A DNA stretch of 18,388 nt from Promethearchaeota archaeon (GTDB lineage Archaea; Asgardarchaeota; Lokiarchaeia; Sigyniarchaeales; SOKP01), in the NCBI GenBank assembly GCA_011364925.1, contig RDOA01000062.1, positions 1 to 18,388 of the forward strand, given 5' to 3'. Under the pieces are notes generated by a model that was given only the letters and a program-made list of their open reading frames with translations, did no database searches and was not told the origin of the DNA. Numbering within the stretch: the stretch's first letter is position 1; each line of letters starts with the position of its first letter. Of this stretch, positions 8,088 to 16,090 are shown in pieces. The translations under genes and the position numbers were made by a program.

Positions 8088-9353
8088 TTAATTCTCATTT
8101 ATAATTTTGTAATTGCTATCAATCAATTTTATTGTTTCTCTGAATAAAATGCAAGCATCTAACAAAACTTTAGGATCCACTTTATCGGGAGTATCCTTTT
8201 TCGTATGAGTATATAATGTTGCGGCTTCATTAGCTACATCCACTGCATCGTATTTCCTCAAACGAAAAGGAAGTGTATCTGAATGCGCTCCAGTGCTTGC
8301 GTGTAACCTCTTAGCTTTTATATTGTTGTCATTTGCTGCAAGTATTATGAATTTATCTAAAAAAGGAGAGTAAACCTTGTGCATGCCAATTCCATAGGAT
8401 TTAATATACTCAATTTGATTATTTTTATGATCTTTACAGGAAACCATATCAAAATTGAATTGAAATATATTTCCTCTCGTAAATTGGTTTTCATATTCGT
8501 CTATAAATACTCGTGCACCCATAGTTCCCAATTCTTCCGCAGAAAATTGACAAAACCAAACATTAAAATTATCTAAAGGATTTTTAAGAAAGAAGGAACT
8601 TAATTCAAAAACTATAGCCATTCCTGATGCGTTGTCTAAAGCTCCCGGAGATTTATTGTGTGTATTTAGGAATAGTAAACAAATATTTGAAAACGAGATT
8701 AAAACGATTGCGATCCAACCACCATATATCGTAAAATAGAAGGGTATATCCAAATTACCAAAAAGGATTATAAAATAAAAAGCATAAACTCCTAATAGTA
8801 TAATTCCGCTATAAAATGTAGTTTTATACAAAAAAACTCTCCAGAAAGTATTTATAGACTGCGATTTAGAATCTATATGAGCAGATACTATTATATTTCC
8901 AGCATCCTTCTCGGCAATCTTTTTGGCGGAAATTTTAGTAAAGATATTTGTAGAATTAAAACTATCTCCAAAATATTCACTCCAAAAACTGGAAATCTCT
9001 GGATGTTTTATACCTCTAATTATTAAATAAACAACGATTGATATAAAAATCAATAAAATCATTGTTAATACACCATGAATGTAAGAAAATAGTAAGAGAT
9101 TTAAGACCAAAACAAGATTTAATGTAAGTAGAAATTTCATTAATGTTGTAGAATAAAAATCTGAAAATGTAAAAGGTTGCTTCACAATTTGGTTTCTTTT
9201 AAAACCAATCTCTTCAAAAGTTTTATAGGTTAACTCAATTGCTTTTTTTTCGCCCTCGGTGCCAGCTAATCGTGGAAAACTAAAAGTATTGACATAATCT
9301 GATAATTTTTCCTCACTAAAAAAAATGTTATCAAGAGTTTGATTTCGAGATAT
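8088..9353 (-). CDS. Membrane-embedded M28-family Zn peptidase; N-terminus extends beyond the GTG at 9185, probable ATA start at 9353
   Basis: SAHIDS, PGALDNASG, SAEELG, FDMV, HSD and HTKKDTPDKV motifs with two pairs of TM helices inserted. The frame stays open upstream of 9185 and encodes FSFPRLAGTEGEKKAIELTYKTFEEIGF, the M28 N-terminal R-x-x-G-[ST]-x-G motif. Start position is uncertain. Confidence 0.8.
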   Translation of the reverse strand: MSRNQTLDNIFFSEEKLSDYVNTFSFPRLAGTEGEKKAIELTYKTFEEIGFKRNQIVKQPFTFSDFYSTTLMKFLLTLNLVLVLNLLLFSYIHGVLTMILLIFISIVVYLIIRGIKHPEISSFWSEYFGDSFNSTNIFTKISAKKIAEKDAGNIIVSAHIDSKSQSINTFWRVFLYKTTFYSGIILLGVYAFYFIILFGNLDIPFYFTIYGGWIAIVLISFSNICLLFLNTHNKSPGALDNASGMAIVFELSSFFLKNPLDNFNVWFCQFSAEELGTMGARVFIDEYENQFTRGNIFQFNFDMVSCKDHKNNQIEYIKSYGIGMHKVYSPFLDKFIILAANDNNIKAKRLHASTGAHSDTLPFRLRKYDAVDVANEAATLYTHTKKDTPDKVDPKVLLDACILFRETIKLIDSNYKIINEN

Positions 9354-9378
9354 ATTATTTTCCCTCTGTAAAAGTAAT

Positions 9379-9996
9379 TTATTTTTTTATTTGAATTCCC
9401 TCGTTAATTAGTTTATCTGTTACGATATCCTGAATCTTTGATTGAACTATCTCGATAATGTCATCGGTATTTATTACAACATATCCCTCATCTTTCGCAC
9501 GATCAAGATATATTTGCCTTACTTTTTCTAATAATAATTTGTCTTCGAATTTATCTAAAATTTTGTTAGATTTCCGAATTAATGCTAATTTAGGTTCGAT
9601 GTCTAAGATAATCGTTAGATCGGGTATTTCCGCAAATTTATTTAAACTCTTGACCCAATCAACACTAATGCTTTCAGATTGACTGGATTGATACGCAATC
9701 GAAGATTCTATATATCGATCGGATATCACAATATATCCTTCCTCTAATTTTTCTTTAATATCATTGTGATAATGAAGAACTCTATCAGCTGCAAACAATA
9801 GCGCATCTACTGAAGCTGGAATATTATCATCCCTAAGGTACGTTCTTAACAATTTACCAACATCGCTATTTGACGGTTCTTGCGTTAAGTACGTTTTTAA
9901 GCCCTTCAAACTCAAGAAACCTGCGAGTAGTTTACTGTGAGTAGATGTGCCTGCACCATCTATCCCATCTAGAACTATGAAAATTGATTGTTTCAT
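9379..9996 (-). CDS. tmk: Thymidylate (dTMP) kinase
   Basis: FIVLDGIDGAGTST P-loop, TQEP, LLFAADR, VISDRYIESSIAYQ, PDLTIILD. Confidence 0.95.
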   Translation of the reverse strand: MKQSIFIVLDGIDGAGTSTHSKLLAGFLSLKGLKTYLTQEPSNSDVGKLLRTYLRDDNIPASVDALLFAADRVLHYHNDIKEKLEEGYIVISDRYIESSIAYQSSQSESISVDWVKSLNKFAEIPDLTIILDIEPKLALIRKSNKILDKFEDKLLLEKVRQIYLDRAKDEGYVVINTDDIIEIVQSKIQDIVTDKLINEGIQIKK

Positions 9997-10142
9997 CGAC
10001 TATCTCACTTAAGTATAATTTATTCTTAATTAATAAGTAATTTTCTCATTTTATGATGAAAGTATTCTTATTCATTTGAATAATATTTAATAAATATTTT
10101 AAATGAGATAATTTATTTCTAAGTTGTTAAATAGAATTATAA

Positions 10143-10538
10143 ATGCTAACCATGTCTTCAAATAATGCTTTTGGATATTGTCCCTCTTGTAAACAAAATG
10201 TATTATTAGTTAGAGAAACTGCTAATTGGGCGTTAATAATTCTTTTAATTATTCTTACGGGTGGAATCGGACTTATAGTGTATGCTATCATATATTTTAA
10301 TAAACCACCCAGCCGTTGTATTCATTGCCATTCACAAATTGCTGTAACTTCAACCAGTAGTGCTCAAACCTCAAATCAGATTCCAAATGGCACTCCCTTA
10401 AAGGATGAAAGCGATATCAACGATGTTAATTCAACAAAGGTTGATGAACCATCAAAACAGAAGTTCTGTTCCTTTTGTGGTGAACCACTTCACAATCCGG
10501 AAGCACAATTTTGCGCACATTGTGGTTCAAAAGTATAA
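10143..10538 (+). CDS. LITAF-like Zn-knuckle/hydrophobic-insert membrane protein with C-terminal zinc ribbon
   Basis: CPSC, then a 24-aa hydrophobic segment, then CIHC; a low-complexity linker; FCSFCG...FCAHCG. Confidence 0.75.
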   Translation: MLTMSSNNAFGYCPSCKQNVLLVRETANWALIILLIILTGGIGLIVYAIIYFNKPPSRCIHCHSQIAVTSTSSAQTSNQIPNGTPLKDESDINDVNSTKVDEPSKQKFCSFCGEPLHNPEAQFCAHCGSKV

Positions 10539-10557
10539 TTATTTAGATATTTTCGTA

Positions 10558-10875
10558 TTAGTAGTATAATCTACACCTTATGCTAAAAAGATCTTTTTCA
10601 GGTATAGAATAAATATTGGGGGTTTTTTCTTTTCTTAAACATTTATTTCCCCCAGAAATTATCTCTTGAACGCTAAAATAAATTCTATTATCTTTTACCC
10701 ATAGCTTATCCACAAGAATATTAAGCATTCCAAGGTTACCTGTGCTATATACTTGAAAAGAAGTTAATTTTTCCGTTTTTGAACCCTCGAGATAAGATTC
10801 ATATAATACTATTTGAAAATCAATGTTAATAAGACCACGAATTTTAAAATTCAGTATTAAGTTATTAAAAATCAA
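10558..10875 (-). CDS. Hypothetical protein (start uncertain)
   Basis: Open frame filling the gap downstream of tyrA on the same strand, with globular composition. The first ~17 codons after the TTG look intergenic-like. Confidence 0.6.
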   Translation of the reverse strand: MIFNNLILNFKIRGLINIDFQIVLYESYLEGSKTEKLTSFQVYSTGNLGMLNILVDKLWVKDNRIYFSVQEIISGGNKCLRKEKTPNIYSIPEKDLFSIRCRLYY

Positions 10876-10887
10876 GGAAATTACGAG

Positions 10888-11802
10888 CTAATTTTCGCTC
10901 TCTCTTTTTAATATTTTCATAAACTCGTAGAAGTAATTGTAAGAGTTTTTAAAGTGGTTGTCCTCTTTTGAATAGTCTAATCCTTGAGAAAAAATTTCAT
11001 TAAAACCTTTAACATTCTTTTCTTCTACTATTTTTTTGTATCTGGAAAGAAGAGCTTCGAATTTTTCTAAAATTTTAAGAAACTCTTGATTTTCCATTTG
11101 AATCTCACCAAACATTTCCATCTCTCTTTGGATAATGCTTTCAGCGAAGACTTTTTGGAGTAAGAATGTTGTGCCCGTAAATCGAGTTAATTCATTTAAT
11201 GGTTCTTTAGAGCTTTTTAGAAGGTTTAGAAAAAGTATGTTAAACATATGAGGTACTCCAAGCGTAAGAGCTACTCTCTTATCGTGAATATCGGGTTCAG
11301 TTTCAGTTATAATTAATCCATCAGATCTAAATAAATTCAATAGTTCATTAACAATTTCTTCGTATTTCTCGGTTCCACCAACTTTCAGTACCGTCATTAC
11401 ATAGTTTTTCATGTTTGTGATTCCTGGACCAAACATAGGGTGAAGCGAAATGCAATTTATAGGATACTTGTTCTGAACTTCATTTAAAGCATTAACAACA
11501 CTTTTTTTTATGGATGAAATGTCAAAAATCAGTGTATTCTTCTTTAAAAGTGGTCCGATTTTATGTATCATCTCAGCTGTTGAGGTTATAGGAATTGAGA
11601 TCATAACGAGATCCGCATTTTTAACGCTTTTTTCAAGCGATAATTCATATTTTACATTAAATTCTGAAGCAACTTTTTTTAATCGTAATTCGTTTCGAGC
11701 AAAAAGTGTTACATCAAACCTATGGTTTTTAAAATATTTACAAAAAACCTTACCCATACCTCCAGAACCACCAATAATAGTAATATTTCGTCCTAACATC
11801 AT
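10888..11802 (-). CDS. tyrA: Prephenate (TyrA-family) dehydrogenase
   Basis: IIGGSGGMG, DISSIK, SLHPMFGP, HDKRVA...PH. Overlaps the aroE stop (ATGA). Confidence 0.92.
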   Translation of the reverse strand: MMLGRNITIIGGSGGMGKVFCKYFKNHRFDVTLFARNELRLKKVASEFNVKYELSLEKSVKNADLVMISIPITSTAEMIHKIGPLLKKNTLIFDISSIKKSVVNALNEVQNKYPINCISLHPMFGPGITNMKNYVMTVLKVGGTEKYEEIVNELLNLFRSDGLIITETEPDIHDKRVALTLGVPHMFNILFLNLLKSSKEPLNELTRFTGTTFLLQKVFAESIIQREMEMFGEIQMENQEFLKILEKFEALLSRYKKIVEEKNVKGFNEIFSQGLDYSKEDNHFKNSYNYFYEFMKILKRESEN

Positions 11803-12668
11803 TTTTTCGCCAAAAGTTCAAGAATTTTTTCTTTCATTGTATTTATATTTGGTTTCATATCTGTCCACCATTCAAATGCTAACGCGCCCTGATTAATAAA
11901 CATGTCAATCCCATTCAATGTTTTACATCCAATTTCACATGCATCTTTTAATAATTGAGTTTTGAGAGGATTATAAATTATATCATATACGAATAAATGA
12001 TTAGCTAACAACTTTTGAGGAATTGGCGTTTTTTCTACATCGGGATACATTCCCAAAGGAGTTGTGTTTATCAAAAGATCCACCTTATCTATCAATGATT
12101 TTAATACTTCATTACTCAGAGTCCTTCCAGTAGCAGTTGTTTTAGTTGAATCTTTTAAATCTTTTGCTAATCTAATAGCCCGCTTCTCATTCCGGTTACA
12201 TATAAATATCTCGTCAATTTCATCAGACAAAGCAAAACTAATAGCTCTAGCAGCACCTCCTGCTCCTATGATTAATGCTTTTTTACTTCTTAGTTCGAAT
12301 CCCGTATCAATTAGAGCTTTTTTGGCTCCAAATGCATCGGTATTTCTACCTATTAATTGCCCGTTTATGTTTTTAATGGTATTAACTGCGCCAATCTTTT
12401 CAGCAAGTGGATCAATTTTATCTAAATATTTTATTATTGCTTCTTTATGTGGAATGGTGACATTTATTCCTTTCATATCATGCTTTTTAAATCCTAAAAC
12501 TGCTTTTTCTAAATCTTTAGGTGAGACATCAAAAGCTAAATAGACGAAATCAAGTGAGAGCTCCTTAAGTGCAGCATTATGCATACTTGGACTCATGCTA
12601 TGCTCGATTGGGTGACCGATTACACACAGAACCTTTGTACGAGTGTTTATATACGGATTATTTAGCAT
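11799..12668 (-). CDS. aroE: Shikimate dehydrogenase
   Basis: GHPIEHSMSPSMHN, GINVTIPHK, IGAVNT, GRNTD, GAGGAARA, INTTPLGM, YDIIYNP, QGALAFEWW. Confidence 0.97.
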   Translation of the reverse strand: MLNNPYINTRTKVLCVIGHPIEHSMSPSMHNAALKELSLDFVYLAFDVSPKDLEKAVLGFKKHDMKGINVTIPHKEAIIKYLDKIDPLAEKIGAVNTIKNINGQLIGRNTDAFGAKKALIDTGFELRSKKALIIGAGGAARAISFALSDEIDEIFICNRNEKRAIRLAKDLKDSTKTTATGRTLSNEVLKSLIDKVDLLINTTPLGMYPDVEKTPIPQKLLANHLFVYDIIYNPLKTQLLKDACEIGCKTLNGIDMFINQGALAFEWWTDMKPNINTMKEKILELLAKK

Positions 12669-12776
12669 GTTATTACAATAATTATTAAATTGAAAACTAT
12701 TAATATGTTTAAGAATAAGAGTAATTTATAATTATTTAGCTAGAAGCAGTAAGCGTAAAAAAGATGAATTAAAACT

Positions 12777-13331
12777 ATGAATAAGATTTCTCTCAGCACA
12801 GGAATTACGACTTTTCCCATGCCTGCAGCCGTTATTTCGGTAGGTATTGGTGATGAAGCGAATTTGATAACTCTTGCTTATGTAGGGAAAGTGTGTTTAA
12901 ATCCTCCAATAATAGCAATTTCGATTCAACCTAAGCGTCATTCTTACAAACTTATTGAAAAACACGGAGAATTTGTCATTAATTATCCTACAAAAAACCA
13001 GTTAAAGGAGCTGGATTATTGTGGGACGCGCTCGGGTAGAGATGTTAATAAATGGAAGGCGTTAAACTTAACAAAAGAACAAGGAACAATAGTTAAAGTC
13101 CCTATGGTTAAAGAATTTCCGTGGAATATGGAATGTAAAGTTATTAATCGAATAGAATTAGGATCTCATGTCTGTTATCTTGGAGAAGTTTTAGCGACAC
13201 ACTCTGATGACCAATTTGTTTCAAATGGTAGGTTAGATCCTGAAAAATTTAATTGTTTCGCATATGTAAATGGAACCTACATAGGATTGGAGAAGGGTAT
13301 TATAGGAAGGCACGGATTTTCAATGCTATAA
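12777..13331 (+). CDS. Flavin reductase family protein (DIM6/NTAB, flavoredoxin-like)
   Basis: FPMPAAVIS, NPPIIAISI...RHSY, EFVINYP, DYCGTRSGRDVNK, ECKV...LGSH...GEV. Confidence 0.9.
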   Translation: MNKISLSTGITTFPMPAAVISVGIGDEANLITLAYVGKVCLNPPIIAISIQPKRHSYKLIEKHGEFVINYPTKNQLKELDYCGTRSGRDVNKWKALNLTKEQGTIVKVPMVKEFPWNMECKVINRIELGSHVCYLGEVLATHSDDQFVSNGRLDPEKFNCFAYVNGTYIGLEKGIIGRHGFSML

Positions 13332-13387
13332 TCCTATTTATTTTTTTTATTAAATATTTCTCACATAAAGAATTTAGAGTCGAAAAT

Positions 13388-13930
13388 ATGTCAAAGGATT
13401 CTATCGCATTAATAGGGTTCATGGCAACGGGCAAGTCTAGCGTAGGAAAAGCACTAAAAAAGCGTTTAGGGAAAAGTTATAGATTTGTGGAAACTGATCA
13501 AGTTGTTATAGAGATAGCTGGAAAATCAATCCCTAAAATTTTTACGGAAGATGGTGAAGCGAAGTTTAGGGATTATGAGATTGAAGCTTGTAAAAGAGTA
13601 GCTCGATTATCAAAGGCGATAATATCATGTGGAGGAGGTGTTGTTTTAAACCAAGTAAATATTGATGTCTTAAGACAATCTTGTTATATAATTTTATTAA
13701 CAGCAACTCCAGAGGTGATTTATGACAGGGTTATGAGAGAAGGAATAAAGATTAGACCCCTTATAGACAAAAAAGACCCTTTAAAAGAAATCGAAAAAAT
13801 TTTGCATTACAGAGAACCGTACTATTATTCCTCTACAGAAATTGTAATTGATACCTCAGAGAAACAAATTGAGGAAATCGTTGATGAAATACTCTTAAAA
13901 ACTAACCTTTTAAAAAAAAAGAAAAAGTGA
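13388..13930 (+). CDS. aroK: Shikimate kinase, bacterial P-loop (AroK) type
   Basis: From ATG at 13388: IALIGFMATGKSSVG, FVETD, GEAKFRDYE, IISCGGGVV, RPL, REPYY. Confidence 0.93.
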   Translation: MSKDSIALIGFMATGKSSVGKALKKRLGKSYRFVETDQVVIEIAGKSIPKIFTEDGEAKFRDYEIEACKRVARLSKAIISCGGGVVLNQVNIDVLRQSCYIILLTATPEVIYDRVMREGIKIRPLIDKKDPLKEIEKILHYREPYYYSSTEIVIDTSEKQIEEIVDEILLKTNLLKKKKK

Positions 13931-13942
13931 GTTGTATTTCCT

Positions 13943-14695
13943 TCAGGACTTTTCTATCCTATCCACAAGCCATTTTGGCATAACTAATGACAAATAGATA
14001 AAAATAAAGAATAAGATCGCGAAGATCCAAGCAATGTATACGAATTCAGAATAGCCGGGATGACCCGTGAGGGTAATAAGTAATGTGTCAAAAACAAACA
14101 TCAGAAAGAACGCTATCATACAAATCATAGATAAGAATAAGAGCGTTAAGCCTGTTCTTGCTTTAGCATCTTGTGCTCGCTTCCTTGCTCTTAGACAGAA
14201 TACGGAGATAAAGATGTAAACTATGTACGAATATAGAATTACAGAAAGCGTTGAATAAAGTCGAATGTTAAGCTGTCCAGCATAATCTTCAGGAGGGACG
14301 CCCCACCAGTTCCAAGGAAGGAATAAAACGATGATTATAATAACTCCAAATATAATTAGAGGAATAATTGCGTTTTTTCCTTTACTGGTAATTTCTTCGG
14401 CAAATACAAATAAAAAGATATCTGCTATAATTATCATAGAGTATGCCAAGGGTAGAGAAATTCTATATATCTCTTTAAAGAAACCCGTTGCGATTGCCTC
14501 TGCTAAACCGACAGTAAGAGAGATTAACGCAACTGTCAATAATATAAATACGATTGAGAGATAAAGCGGTGGTTTAACATTTCTTTCTCTCCACTTCTTC
14601 ATCATTAATACTGTCATAACGACGCTAAAGACAATTAAACCAATGTAATAAAAGAATATTGGTAAAATATTAGGATTAAATGGTGTATATGTCAT
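13943..14695 (-). CDS. Seven-transmembrane protein with no fused output domain (7TM sensor-like)
   Basis: Seven hydrophobic segments (about aa 11-32, 43-68, 79-99, 109-128, 146-167, 181-208, 217-239), basic loops after TM1 and TM5, short tail MPKWLVDRIEKS. Confidence 0.8.
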   Translation of the reverse strand: MTYTPFNPNILPIFFYYIGLIVFSVVMTVLMMKKWRERNVKPPLYLSIVFILLTVALISLTVGLAEAIATGFFKEIYRISLPLAYSMIIIADIFLFVFAEEITSKGKNAIIPLIIFGVIIIIVLFLPWNWWGVPPEDYAGQLNIRLYSTLSVILYSYIVYIFISVFCLRARKRAQDAKARTGLTLLFLSMICMIAFFLMFVFDTLLITLTGHPGYSEFVYIAWIFAILFFIFIYLSLVMPKWLVDRIEKS

Positions 14696-14713
14696 ACAAA
14701 TTATATCGTATTA

Positions 14714-14732
14714 TTCTTTTAAAAATCTTTAG
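14714..14732 (-). promoter_or_regulatory. Possible archaeal TATA box for a near-leaderless 7TM transcript
   Basis: Minus strand AAAGATTTTTAAAAG, with TTTTAAAA 22-29 nt upstream of the ATG at 14695. The AT-rich background weakens the call. Confidence 0.35.
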
Positions 14733-14846
14733 AGTAACTTTTTTTTAGTTTTAAAATTAATTTGAAAAAGCTTAATAATTGGTACAAGATAATAATTATA
14801 GTCTATTTTCGTTAAAATCAATTTTTTATTTAAGTGTTGTTTACAA

Positions 14847-15263
14847 GTGCCTAATAAAGTTATTCGAGACATGTGGATTGTAACTGAAGGAGGAATCGTA
14901 GTTTTTAGTAGGGTTTACGAAAAAAGCCTTGATGAACAACTTTTTGGGGCTCTATTGACTGCTCTAAATTCCTTTGCTGAGGAAATTACCCAAGATGGCC
15001 TATCTAATTTTGAATTGAGTGATATGCGGTTTACCATTTTGAAGAGAGCGCAATTTATCTTTATTGCAAATTCTGATAAAAGAATAAAGCCTAAACGAGT
15101 TCTTCAAGAATTAAGTGCCGTTATGGACAAGTTTTTTATGACTTATTCAGATGATATTATGGATAAATGGGACAGTGATGTTACTATCTTTTCTAATTTT
15201 GGTAAAGAAATTGAAGACTCTTTAGATGATCCCATAAAAAAAATGGAAAAAGCATTTTGGTAA
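14847..15263 (+). CDS. Stand-alone longin-like domain protein (Asgard type)
   Basis: IRDMWIVTEGGIVVFSR (b1-b2), DEQLFGALLTALNSFAEEI (a1), beta meander, then ELSAVMDKFFMTY...W...FSNF helices: the b-b-a-b-b-b-a-a longin pattern. Confidence 0.75.
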   Translation: MPNKVIRDMWIVTEGGIVVFSRVYEKSLDEQLFGALLTALNSFAEEITQDGLSNFELSDMRFTILKRAQFIFIANSDKRIKPKRVLQELSAVMDKFFMTYSDDIMDKWDSDVTIFSNFGKEIEDSLDDPIKKMEKAFW

Positions 15264-15437
15264 TCTTACAAAATTGCAATTAGAATACCAGATTTTTAAT
15301 AGAAGCTAAAATTTAAGTTAGTTTCGGAGAATTAATTAATAGTTGGACTTTTTTCCTACTATATATTTTAAGGTTTATTGAGATTTTAAAAACAATAAAA
15401 TTCCTAATGGATTATTATTTTCAGCTATAGTTCGGGG

Positions 15438-15554
15438 ACTCTGTATAGTAAAGTCCTGTATTCTTATAAGAGAGCATTTCTGGTGATACTTTGTTGCATA
15501 AAGTTTAAATATTAATGTTGTTTATTTTTATTTATATACTCTGTATGGCAAAGT
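15438..15554. promoter_or_regulatory. Three palindromic operator-like boxes ACTYT-GT-N5-AAAGT at exact 50-bp spacing
   Basis: 15438 ACTCTGTATAGTAAAGT; 15488 ACTTTGTTGCATAAAGT; 15538 ACTCTGTATGGCAAAGT. Confidence 0.7.
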
Positions 15555-15567
15555 CGAGCAGAGTAGG

Positions 15568-15584
15568 AGAAGAAAGTTTTAAAT
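15568..15584 (+). promoter_or_regulatory. Probable BRE/TATA promoter of the ABC exporter operon
   Basis: Purine-rich AGAAGAAAG followed by TTTTAAAT about 55 nt upstream of ATG 15637; AGGAGA ribosome-binding site before the ATG. Confidence 0.45.
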
Positions 15585-15636
15585 CATAAATTAAAAATTA
15601 ATTAATTCAATTTAGGTAAAAAAAGGAGATGAAAAA

Positions 15637-15870
15637 ATGGATAAATACCTTAAACTCTCTTTAGGGATTATTATTGGAGTATTTTCTATAGCTTTTATCT
15701 ATAATATCATTCTTTATTTAGGAGATGGCGGATTAAGTTTAGAAGGCCTTAGTTTCCCCTTTTATATCTTTTTCCCTAGCTGGGTGGCAATTTTTATTCC
15801 GCTAATAATCCGTCAAAGACAAGAAGAAAAAAATAAGGAAGAAGAGTTAAGAAATCGTTTAGAGGTGTGA
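15637..15870 (+). CDS. Small 2-TM membrane protein with charged C-terminal tail
   Basis: AGGAGA RBS, two hydrophobic helices, tail RQRQEEKNKEEELRNRLEV. GTGA overlap with the next ORF. Confidence 0.75.
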   Translation: MDKYLKLSLGIIIGVFSIAFIYNIILYLGDGGLSLEGLSFPFYIFFPSWVAIFIPLIIRQRQEEKNKEEELRNRLEV

Positions 15871-16064
15871 AAAGTACGTTTTTAGTGAATATTAAAGAAA
15901 GATTACTAATTGTCGGAAGCTTTTCATTAATAATTTCAATTTTACTAAATTTGTTTACTGGGGCATTTCCAATATTAGATTTTCTTAAGGGTCTATTTAC
16001 AGGAATTTCTCTGGTCACCAATTTAGGATATTTATTTAAATTAAAATTAGAAAGAAATTCATAG
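15867..16064 (+). CDS. Small 2-TM membrane protein
   Basis: GTG start overlapping the previous stop; two hydrophobic helices (LLIVGSFSLIISILLNLF; FLKGLFTGISLVTNLGYLF). Confidence 0.65.
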   Translation: MKSTFLVNIKERLLIVGSFSLIISILLNLFTGAFPILDFLKGLFTGISLVTNLGYLFKLKLERNS

Positions 16065-16090
16065 AAATTAAAAAAGGAGTTGATAAAAAA

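Noticed and set aside
13253-13387. 45-aa N-terminal extension of shikimate kinase in the ORF track
   Set aside because: Overlaps the flavin reductase 3' end and an AT-rich spacer; AroK homology starts at the ATG at 13388.
774-14564. Short ORFs overlapping recognised genes (774-1016, 4626-4850, 5503-5739, 6785-6973, 7716-7910, 7756-7938, 8379-8576, 9458-9682, 11510-11896, 12064-12543, 14331-14564)
   Set aside because: Antisense or off-frame shadows of well-supported genes with no recognisable motifs.
13943-14695. 7-TM protein as a microbial rhodopsin or heliorhodopsin
   Set aside because: No retinal-binding Lys motif in helix 7.
15438-15554. CRISPR mini-array reading of the three 50-bp-spaced boxes
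   Set aside because: Repeats are only 17 bp and degenerate, and no cas genes are present; kept as an operator-like element.
15537-15565. c-di-GMP-type riboswitch suggested by GGCAAA within a hairpin
   Set aside because: The remaining conserved stems and motifs are not evident, and the element lies upstream of the likely TATA box; better explained as an operator copy.
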